From the NCBI GenBank assembly GCA_963665775.2, contig CAXXTF010000002.1, positions 928,001-992,000 of the forward strand: DNA of 64,000 nucleotides, in the 5' to 3' direction. The notes beneath the pieces are model-generated. The model made no database searches and was not told the origin of the DNA. It saw nothing but the letters and a program-made list of their open reading frames with translations. This stretch comes from Dehalococcoidia bacterium. GTDB lineage: Bacteria; Chloroflexota; Dehalococcoidia; SM23-28-2; RBG-16-64-32. Positions 29,385 through 38,429 of the stretch are shown here, piece by piece; position 1 is the first letter of the stretch; every line of letters begins with the position of its first letter. A program made the position numbers and the translations under genes.

Positions 29385-29610
29385 TCCTGGCGCCTCGACG
29401 TAGATGCCAGTGAATGCGCCGTACCACCGGCCCGTTTCGACCCGGCATTTCCTTTCGGACTCAAAGATGACCTCCACTAGGCTCTCTGAGATGAGGGCCT
29501 CCTGCCGGGCGTCTTGGCAGTCTCCATCCTCGTCAATCCAGTGGTTCCATTGGGACCGGCTGTACTCCGGGATGTCCGGTGGGATTGGAGCGACGGTGAT
29601 AGCTAGAGTA
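29385..29610 (-). pseudogene. Fragment of a DUF1524/HNH-type nuclease
   Basis: Manual translation PEYSRSQWNHWIDEDGDCQDARQEALISES...C.V.TGRWYG.FTG...GDL, cut before the expected DIDH. Confidence 0.6.
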
Positions 29611-29623
29611 GTCGCCGCTTACC

Positions 29624-30045
29624 GTGCAGACAGCAAACCTTCTTAACATTGGACTTCTCCAGTCTAAACAGGTCCAGAAATTCGTCGAAACCATGAGCGG
29701 ATTTGATAGCACTTTCACAGGCAGATTAACGTCTGGCTTCGTCAACGAATATCAGCGGCATAGGCAGGCCGGGCTGGAAGGCGATTCGTTATTTGAGGCT
29801 ATGCGGCTGTTTTCTGCTCAGGGAAGGTCAGACATACGGTATCAATCTGCAGGGTTGGCTGTCTTGGTCTACCTGTTTGAACGGTGTGAGGTGTTCGAAC
29901 AGTGACGTTGTTGCCTAACAAACATGTACCTACGAGCCGCTCACTGGTCGGGATAGGGGCCCTGCTGCTGGAGCGCCTAGAAGCCGCATCGACTGTAAGC
30001 GGCCTTTGGGAACTGGTCAAAAACGAGAGCGAAGTCGGGAGCTGG
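29624..30045 (+). pseudogene. ABC-three-component (Lamassu-like) remnant: effector CTD end plus start of the middle component
   Basis: ...AVLVYLFERCEVFEQ* overlapping MTLLPNKHVPTSRSLVGIGALLL...TVSGLW. Confidence 0.65.
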
Positions 30046-30233
30046 CAGAGTGGCGGCAGAGGGAACGACCGAGGGATTGGCTCAGTTGCGCCAAGACCGG
30101 GGCGAGGTAACCGTCGCCGTCGCCCGCCGCGAGATACGGAAATGGCTGCGAGAGTCGAAGGAGGGCAAGGCCGTGGAAAAGGCAGTCGGGAAACTGTTGG
30201 CAAAGAAGGCCAGCAGCTAATATGTGGCCTCCT

Positions 30234-30680
30234 ATGTCAGAGCATCTCACCGTGACCGTCGAGTGGCGTAATGCCCTAACTGCTCAATACTGCATACTCG
30301 ACATCGAAACGGCTGGGCCTATTATACAGCCTCCTGACACGTATGAATTGCTCTTCACTGGGGTCAAAGTTGAGCAGTGCCGTGCGATCTTCCGTTCAAA
30401 CCGTAGTGAGTTGGAGCTTCTCGCTGCCTTCATGGATGACTTTAGGGGCATCGTAGTCACTTTCAATGGCAGCCGCTTTGACCTGCCAATCCTCAGGCAC
30501 GCGCTTCAAGTGGCTACAGGAAGGACCCTACGAGTATCGCATCACTATGACGTTTTGCTCAATATCATGCGTCAGTTGGGTAGGCGCATATCGTTAGATG
30601 CATTGGCCCGCGAGAATCTTGGCATTGGGAAATCATGGTGGGATCACGGGCGCAACCAAGAAGTCTGGCGATCAAGTCCC
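30234..30680 (+). pseudogene. RNase H-like/DEDD exonuclease, truncated
   Basis: ILDIET, VVTFNGSRFDLPIL, HYDVL, SLDALARENLG..K. Confidence 0.7.
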
Positions 30681-31620
30681 GATCTCCAACGAGGCGTACA
30701 CGGGCACACTGGTCTGGGGCGCAAACGCCAAGGACAACGCCGACCCGGTGCGGGTGGAGAAGGCGTTTCCCGCCATCATCACCAGGGCGCAGTTGCAGCG
30801 CGTCGGGAAGCATCTGAGCTCCCGCGCACCCAATTTCAGCCACCCCCGAAGAGTCGGAAGCTCCTACCTGCTCAGCGGCCTCGCCAAGTGCAAGACGTGC
30901 AACACGCCGCTCATCGGCCGGTTCGCCCAGAGCGGCAAGTACTCCTACTACGTCTGCCAGTCGACCATCAAGCTCGGCAGGGACGCCTGCAAGACTCCCA
31001 CGCTCAACGCCCGCCGCTTCGAGGAGCTGGTGGTCGCCAAGATTCGCTCCAACATCCTCACTGAGGGCAACATCCGAGATCTGGTCAAGGTGGTGGCCGA
31101 GGAGATGGACGGCGTGACCCGAGAGCAGCGCAAGAGGCTGGAGACCATCGAGGATGAGCTTGAGGAAGTGAAGCGGAAGCTGGGCCGCATCTGGCACTTC
31201 ATAGAGACGTCCGACGCCGTTATGACCGACGCCTCAGACCGCATCAGGGAGCACCGAGACCGGCAGGAGCGTCTGGAGTATTTCGCTGAGCAGGCGAGGG
31301 CGGTCCTGGCCCAGCGCCGGAAGGTCCTCGACGATGCGAACACCATCGCGGCCTACGCCAAGGACATGAAGGACTTCCTGAAGGAGAGCGAACTGACCGA
31401 GCGCAGGGCCTTCATTCAGTCCTTTATCAAGGAGATCGTCGTCGTGCCCGGCGACGCCCTGCTCAGATACACAGTCCCTATGCCAGACGACAGCTCGATA
31501 CCTGGGAGAGCCGCCGAAAAGGTGGCCCTGAACGGGTCTGTTCTATCTACTTTACCCGATGGTGGGCCAAAGTATACAAAATCAAGAACCTTCGTGCTCA
31601 GGCTCAGATTGGTGCTGTAG
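30680..31620 (+). pseudogene. Second-type large serine recombinase, C-terminal half
   Basis: NEAYTGTLVWG, FPAII, YLLSGLAKCKTC, YYVC, RRAFIQSFIKEIVV; no catalytic domain. Confidence 0.85.
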
Positions 31621-31924
31621 CTACGCGTCCATCTGATCGGCCCGATAGGGGCGACTACGGTCCGTTATTGAGGGCTGGCCGCGCCAGCCCAGCCGTTCAC
31701 TGGTTTCGGTGTTAACGACGGCACGGTCGGAGGATCTGCCTCACTGTTAGCAACCAACACAATCGGGATACTTCGCGACTCCAGAGATGAGGTGCCTGGG
31801 TTAAGGTCTGGTGAGTTGCCTGAGGGCTTGGGGTATTCGACTGAATAGGGCAACTTGCCAGATGCGCCTACGGAAATGGGCCAGTTAACGTAGAGTGGCG
31901 CCCCATGCTGTCCCTCCACCTCCG

Positions 31925-32389
31925 CTACGGGCCCTTGGCCCATCGTGCCAGCGCCTTCTCCGGCGAGGTTATTCCCTCCACCGAGATGTAGAAGTAGTTC
32001 TGCCAACCCTCCTCAGGTAGCCCAGTGAACAGCATCAGATTCAGGGGATACTCCTCGCTTTCGACAACGCGACGGAAATCGTCTCGCAACAAGAACGTGG
32101 GTTTCCCTAGCACGATCGCCATGCCCAACTCCACCATCACGCCCTCATCGGGAGGAACGCCGTTGACTACCGCGAAGATAGCATCCGACTCCACCACGTC
32201 GCGGAAATCCCTTTGGCCGATCCGATACGCCCACCCAGCCTCCAAGAAATCCACCTGGTTGTTCCGAGCGAACGGCTCCCAGACTTCCAACCCAAGCTCC
32301 TCCAGCGCCGCCACTATCGGTGGCAGAAGCATCATCCTCTGCTGGGCAGAAAACCCGTAAGGATTGGCCAGGTAGATGGTCTTTGTCAT
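31925..32389 (-). CDS. Nucleoside 2-deoxyribosyltransferase family protein
   Basis: IYLANP.GF, D...V..SDAIFAVVNG..PDEGVMVELGMA, NLML. Confidence 0.88.
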   Translation of the reverse strand: MTKTIYLANPYGFSAQQRMMLLPPIVAALEELGLEVWEPFARNNQVDFLEAGWAYRIGQRDFRDVVESDAIFAVVNGVPPDEGVMVELGMAIVLGKPTFLLRDDFRRVVESEEYPLNLMLFTGLPEEGWQNYFYISVEGITSPEKALARWAKGP

Positions 32390-32504
32390 CTTTACGCATC
32401 CCTTCTGGTTACCTCCGACGGCCGGTCAACCTACTCGCCCCGAATCCGCGAAGGCTAACACGGCATCCCTGAGTACGACGTAAGACTGCTGGCCCCGTCC
32501 GTAG

Positions 32505-33330
32505 TGTAACCCGTCAGGGAAAATGGGACACATTGGAGGGGTGGAAGACCCGAGAGTTTTGAGGTGGAGTGAGCTCCTGAAGTGGGGGTAGAGTACCCAA
32601 GGAAAGGAGCAGCCGGTGTCCCAGTCACAAGTAGGCAAAGCAGAGGCCGCCGAGGAGCGGACCGAGGAGACCAGGTCCTTCGTCAGACGAGTCAGAGCAG
32701 CCAGCCGGCGTAAGTACACCCCCGAGGAGAAGATCCGCATCGTCCCGGAGGGCTTCCGCCGGGAGGTCACAGTGAATGACCTGTGCCGGCGGGAGGGGAT
32801 TAAGCCACACTCCTACTAGGCATGGATCAAGGAGTTCATGGAGGCTGGCAAGGACAGGCTTACCCGTGACAGCGTGCGCGATGCCACCAGCAGGAGATTC
32901 AGGCGCTCAAGCGGGCCAATGGCGAGCTAAAGCAACTGGTCGCCGAGCTGTCCCTTGAGGCCTACCGTCTGAAGGGAGCGGACATCCCAATGCCTCAGGA
33001 CGGCGTCGATACCAGCGGATGAGTGCTGCTGAGAAGGCATCGATCCTGGCCCACAAGCTCCAGCAGGACATGACCTCTGACTCTTTCATCGAGGTCGTCC
33101 ACGCTACCTAAGCGTCAAGTACTCAGGGACCTGGGCGTTCCCAAGAGCACCTACTACCGGTGGAGCAGGCGGCTGCGGCTTGATGACCGGCCAGGAGGTA
33201 CCCCAACACCATGGAATCGCCTGAGCCCATCTGAGGAGCAGACGGTCCTGGCTGTAGCACAACGATCGCCTGAGATGAGCTGCCGTCAGTTGGCCGCCTG
33301 GACCACCGACAACAAGGGCTTCTCTGTCAC
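32505..33330 (+). mobile_element. Degraded IS3-family element (left end, orfA, start of orfB)
   Basis: TG end at 32505; RRKYTPEEKIRIV..G.R....V..LCRREGI with TAG and frameshifts; LGVPKSTYYRW. Confidence 0.75.
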
Positions 33331-33439
33331 TCTAACCCTGGTTCAGCAACTCACACCACCTTCACACTCTCGGCTCCTCTTCGCCTTCCAGCTGTCCCTC
33401 CCCAGGCTGATGGTCAAAGCAGATTCGAGAAGGCGGGAT

Positions 33440-33471
33440 TGGAGCTGGAGAAGGGACTCGAGCCCTCGACC
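33440..33471 (-). other. 3' fragment of a tRNA (Thr-like), probable att scar of another integrase element
   Basis: Reverse complement GGTCGAGGG-CTCGAGT-CCCTT-CTCCAGC-T-CCA gives T-arm + acceptor 3' strand + CCA. Confidence 0.65.
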
Positions 33472-33633
33472 CTCCATGAGAGGGTGGGCCGTTTGGGCGG
33501 CCGCGCTTGCGATAGTCCTGCTGTGCAATGCCACCGTATGACTATTGGTTGACTGATGTGTGAAAGGGAGCTTGAACGATCGCGGCCCGAGGGCAGGGCC
33601 TGTTCGTTTTGGCGCCATGGCCTACACCGAGAC

Positions 33634-34378
33634 TCACCTGCGAGCGTCCAGCCCCCTTGCCGCCTCCCCTTTCAGGAGCGCCAAGAGGCCGTTGCCCAAC
33701 CCCTCCATCTCTCGATCATAGGAAGCCGGCACCCAGTCCGCCAGGTCCTCTCGGATACGCCTAGCGGTTTCCGCGTTCTCCTCGACCTCTTCCCATACAA
33801 GCGCCCAGCCCTTGTCCACCGGGAATACGCTCTCCCGTCGCCAGGCATCGCTGGGCCCAGAGCCATCCTTCACCCGGCCGAGCACGTCCTCGATCAGAGA
33901 CCGGTCATACCCCGAGATCTGCCGGACTACCACGGTGGCGATCCCTTCCATGAAGTCGAGCCCGATCGCCCTGCTCTCCTCGACCAGATAGCCGTACATG
34001 GCCTTCACCTCGCCCGCCAGCCGGCGGGCGCGCCCAATATGATGCTCCAGCGCCCCCACTATCCCCTCATGAAGCTGAACGCCGCCCTTCTTGCCGAACG
34101 GAGACCGCTCCTTCTTGCCCCAGACGCCGAGGCGGACGGCGCCGAGACTCATCCGGAGCGTCAGGGGCTTGCCGGGCTCGAGGTTAGGATTCTTCACCAG
34201 GAGGGCGTCGGAGACACCAGGATCGAAGACTATCGCCTCCTCCAACTCGATGAGCGCCCGCTCGAACCAGAGGATACGGTCCCGAAGCAGGAGCTGCCTG
34301 CGGGCTTCGTCGACTAGCTGGGTCAGAAGACGCAGGTTCTCCAGGAGCGACTGGTCCCGGTCTATCACCTTGTCGTAG
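33634..34378 (-). pseudogene. Element conserved ~300-aa protein, copy E, 5'-truncated
   Basis: Paralog of 42519..43427 starting at YDKVIDR. Confidence 0.85.
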
Positions 34379-35086
34379 ACGCCTCCGCTTCCGGCCCTCC
34401 GGCTCGTAGGCCACGCCGTAGGGTGGGTCCGTCACCATCAGCGTCGCCGTCTCTCCCGCCACGAGCCGCGTCACGTCGCCCCTGTCCACCGAGTCTCCGC
34501 ACATCAGCCGGTGGTCGCCCAGGAGCCAGATGTCTCCCCGCCTGACGCCGGGGTCTGCGGCAGCCTCCTCCCAGGCGGCGTCGAAGTCGAAGGTCTCCGG
34601 TCGCTCTCGCCTCTCACGGGAGTCGAGCGACTTGAGGAGCTTGGCGATCTCGTCCTCCCCGAAGCCGGAAAGGGTTATGTCAACGTCCGGAGTCTCATTG
34701 AGTTCCGCCAGGAGCCGGGCCAGAAGCTCTTGGTCCCAGTCCCCGCTGATTCGGTTCAGGGCCAGGTTGAGGAGCTTAGCCTGCTCAGGCGAGAGGTCAA
34801 CGAAGATGACAGGGACGCTGGCCAAGCCCAGACGCCTTGCCGCCAGCAGTCGTTGGTGGCCGCCGATGACGGCGCGGTCCTCCCGCCGGGCGATGATGGG
34901 GTCAACGAATCCAAATTCTTGGATGCTCCTGGTTAGGGCGTCGAGCTCCTGCTCTGCGATCCGTCGAGGGTTGAAGAGGTCGGGCTTAAGCCGGTCGAGC
35001 TCCACATGTTCGATAGTGAGATGTGTTCTGTTGTCGTCCTCGCCTTCCACCGCCACCCGTCCGCCTCCGCCTTGCTGAATCCGCAA
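34379..35086 (-). pseudogene. ParB-methyltransferase copy E, 3' half deleted
   Basis: Near-identical N-terminus to copy B; ends just after TDPPY. Confidence 0.87.
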
Positions 35087-35089
35087 CCC

Positions 35090-36913
35090 TTAACCCCCCA
35101 ACTTAGGCACAGTAGTCCTAGAAGGGGAAGATACTTCATAAGGGCTAGCGTTATCGCGCCCTTGAGCCCGAGAAGCTTCATGGAATCGGCGTCGGGCCCT
35201 TCGGATCCACCTACTTAAGCTGGGGAGGTGGGTGGCAAAGACGTCTCGAAGGACGCTCTGTGGCACCAGCCCGGGGAGCCAGTCTGGTGGCTCAGAGCGT
35301 AAACGGCTCTGGGCCATCTCCATTTGTGGGACCTGAATCGGATATAGCTCCAGGACGATCTGCCGCTCGCTGACCTCAACGCGCCGCAGCACAAGTCGAA
35401 TCAGTTCCTTCCTCTCGAAGGGCGTCAGGCAGGCGTACACCTCGCTTAACTTCCCTAGAGCGGACCGTACCGCTTCCGCGGTGACTTGCTCCCTATCTAG
35501 TGATCTCAGGGCTTCCTCAGCCTCCACGATACCGTGTTCCAGATCGCCACGACGTTTGGCCAAATCGCTCAGCTTGTCCATGAGGAAGACCCGACCGCCA
35601 TCCTCTTCCAGGCCAGACCAATCGCCCATCAGCTTGTCGGCATCCGCCTTGACCTCGTCCAGGCTCTTCTGAAGGCCGCGGCGGCGGCGGGCCAACGCGG
35701 GCCTCTGCCGCGCCATCCTCTGGTTTGTCTCTCCCACGAGGCGTTCTAGCAGTCCGTCTGCCGTGGCCAAGTGTTGGATGCGCTACACGACCGCGCCCTC
35801 GATCTCCTCAGCCGCAACGTGCAGCCGGCAGTCCGAATTCCGACAGACATAGTAGAAATAGGTCACGCCTAGACGCCCTGTACCGGATCGACCCTCCATC
35901 GCCGAGTCACAGCGCCCACCGTGCAGAAGCCCCCGGCCCAGGACGTAGGCATGACGAACCGGGCGGGAGCCATTGTGGTTCGTTCATCCGTTGGCGGCCA
36001 TTAGTTGCTGGACCTGCTCGAACTTCTCCACGTCGACGATGGCCGGCCACACGGCGTCCACCAGCCGGTATCCGGCATCCACCTCACCCCTGGCCTTCGC
36101 TTTCTTGTTGATCTCTTTCTTCCCGATGTAGGCGGGGTTCTTGAGCATGTACTGGACCGACGTGATGTTAAACGGCTTGCCCGGATGGTGCTTACCCCGA
36201 CGGGATGTGTACCCCTTCGTCCGATAGCCCCGACTGTTGAGCGCCTTCACTGTCTCAGCGATCGATCCGAGATTCAGGTAGCTATCGGAGCCGAAGTTCA
36301 CCAGCGCTGCCTCCTGATCGTTCGGAACGAGATAGCCCGTGCGATCGGGGTCCAGGTCGTAACCCAGCAAGCGACCGCCATTCCACAACCCACGCTCCGC
36401 CCGGGCCGCGGTGGCGTCACGGGTTCGCTCCGCCGTTTGCTCCCTCTCGAATTCCGCCAGGGCCATCATCATGGTCACGAATAGCCTCCCCTGCGGGGTA
36501 GTGGTGTCGTAGTTCTGCTTGAGGCAAACGAACTCGACGCCATACTCGGTCAGGACTTCGAAGAAGTGGAGGAAGTCCTTCACCGAGCGGCTGATCCGAT
36601 CCAGAGCCGTACAAAGGATGGTGTTGACGCGCCCTGATCTAATATCAGCGAAGAGTCGCTGGAACTCGGGGCTGCGAATGGAGTCCTTCCCTGACACCGC
36701 CTTTAGCTCGTAGAGGCCGCCCTCCACCCATTCCTCGCCGGCCACGGCGGTCTTGTACTCCACGTGCTGCCGCAGTCTTTGCAGCTGGTTCTTTAGGGAG
36801 CCCTCGTCCGTCATCGCCTGACGATCGGTGCTCACCCGAACTACCAGCCCCACGTATCTAGCGAGCTGCGGGTGCGGGCCGTTGCCATTCTTCCTGGGAG
36901 CTTCAACAACCAA
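35090..36913 (-). pseudogene. Large serine recombinase copy E (nonsense TGA at 35984-35986 plus frameshift)
   Basis: RVST, VSGK, LDRISRS in 35984..36913; coiled coil and WLPGLVPQSVLRD in 35090..35770. Confidence 0.9.
35269..35283 (+). repeat. att core, direct repeat of the tRNA-Asn 3' end
   Basis: GCCCGGGGAGCCAGT identical to 6717-6731 and 24163-24177. Confidence 0.85.
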
Positions 36914-36916
36914 GGG

Positions 36917-37117
36917 TCACTGTTCCTCCACGTGGCCGTTCGATTGGCAGTCCGTAGTAACCGATACGTCGGGCGGTAAGTCAACGCCTGATCCAGCCGC
37001 TTGTCTTTGGCCCTCGAGCAGGCGCTCAATGCCGATTGCGAGGATGGCTACAACTCGCCGAGTCCGATCTTCGGCCCCGCCCTCATCGCTGGCGGCCCGA
37101 TCCAAAACCCTCCGCAT
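36917..37117 (-). CDS. Small conserved ORF upstream of the recombinase (candidate directionality factor)
   Basis: MRRVL...VVAILAIGIERLL...VTTDCQ; paralog of 18161..18367. Confidence 0.6.
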   Translation of the reverse strand: MRRVLDRAASDEGGAEDRTRRVVAILAIGIERLLEGQRQAAGSGVDLPPDVSVTTDCQSNGHVEEQ

Positions 37118-37268
37118 TTCAAGGTTCCTATACGCAAACCGATGACGATGTGTCGGATCGGCAACCGACCCGCAACTTGTGTTGGAGCAACGGATGGAAA
37201 AACCTCCGCTCAACCTCCGCTTAGACCCCGTAATTATGTAGGAGCCAAATAAGACCTAATTAAGAGGG

Positions 37269-37868
37269 GTGGACTCTTCACCCACTCCTCCAGAAGGCCA
37301 GTCAGATGAGTTCGAGACCTGGGAACTCGAACTAGCCAAACAGGTTATTCGGGACTTCCTGGCCAGCCGTCTTCCGTCCCCCGGATTGGAGTTTGATGAC
37401 CTCCTTCAGGAATGTCTCCTTCACTGGTGGAGACAGCGAAATGCATACAAAGAGACCAGGGGTGCCTCTCCAAAGACCTACATGCGGACAGTCCTCCGGG
37501 CCAAGCTTCTGGACATTGAACGGGCAGCCAAAGCTGGGAAGCGCGGAGGGGGTAGAAGTGACCACTCTTTTGATTCACCCTTCGGCACAAATGAGGAAGG
37601 CTCCACGCTACGAGATGTCATCCCCGATACCAAGCCCCACGGAGACCCCGAGAAGGTGGCTGAGAGATCTGCCCTGCTCCAAAAGATCAACAGCGTCCGC
37701 CGCAAGCTCGACCTCCGCCAGCGACGCCTTCTCGATGGACTAATGGTCGGGAGCAGCATGACGGAACTGAGCCGGCAGCTCGGCGTTCCCCGACCCACGC
37801 TCTACGGCGAGAGAGCGCGTATTCGAAAGACGTTTCGCGATGAGGGACTAGCGGAATTCCTGCGCTGA
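37269..37868 (+). CDS. Sigma-70 family (ECF-like) RNA polymerase sigma factor
   Basis: Region 2-like FDDLLQECLL..W...Y...RGASPKTY; region 4 HTH SMTELSRQLGVPRPTLY. Confidence 0.85.
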   Translation: MDSSPTPPEGQSDEFETWELELAKQVIRDFLASRLPSPGLEFDDLLQECLLHWWRQRNAYKETRGASPKTYMRTVLRAKLLDIERAAKAGKRGGGRSDHSFDSPFGTNEEGSTLRDVIPDTKPHGDPEKVAERSALLQKINSVRRKLDLRQRRLLDGLMVGSSMTELSRQLGVPRPTLYGERARIRKTFRDEGLAEFLR

Positions 37869-37919
37869 TCCCGACATTTTGGTGCTTTTTTTCGTATAGG
37901 AAGCCCAGGAGGAAAAACC

Positions 37920-38219
37920 ATGATCAAGGTCTTGCGATTTGACTTCGAGGAAGCCAACAGCCCGACAGAAGTCGAGGCCGACATCGCCCTCGCAATATTT
38001 GCTGCCGAGTGTCTCTATGGGAGGCCCCGCGTCCGGATGGAAACCTCTTACCTGGTCGACAAGCAGGGTAGATCGTGCGTGGTGGAAGTCAACGGCGAAT
38101 CGGGCGAGGCCGCCGCCCGCGTATTTGCGGGCCTCATCTCAGTTCGGGTCGGGGAGCACGCCTTCCGTATCGAAAGCGTGACTAGCCAGCGGCCCATTGA
38201 AGGAGGTGCCACAAGATGA
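37920..38219 (+). CDS. Hypothetical protein in the sigma-primase operon
   Basis: RBS AGGAGG, 99 aa, tightly packed with neighbours. Confidence 0.75.
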   Translation: MIKVLRFDFEEANSPTEVEADIALAIFAAECLYGRPRVRMETSYLVDKQGRSCVVEVNGESGEAAARVFAGLISVRVGEHAFRIESVTSQRPIEGGATR

Positions 38220-38429
38220 GCCAGAAGAAGCCGCCCATTGACGTGGACACCCCGCCTCTGCCCGGATTCGAGGCGGAGGTCGCGGCAATGCGCCTGGCAC
38301 AAGCAAGTCGCGAGTCCGAGCAAAGCACCGCCCGACGCCAGCGGAGGCGCGAACAGTCTGGTCGACGGCGAGCCCGGCAAGGTGGGGAGCGATCGCCACA
38401 GCTTCACCCACCGGGAGAGGGTCTCGGAA

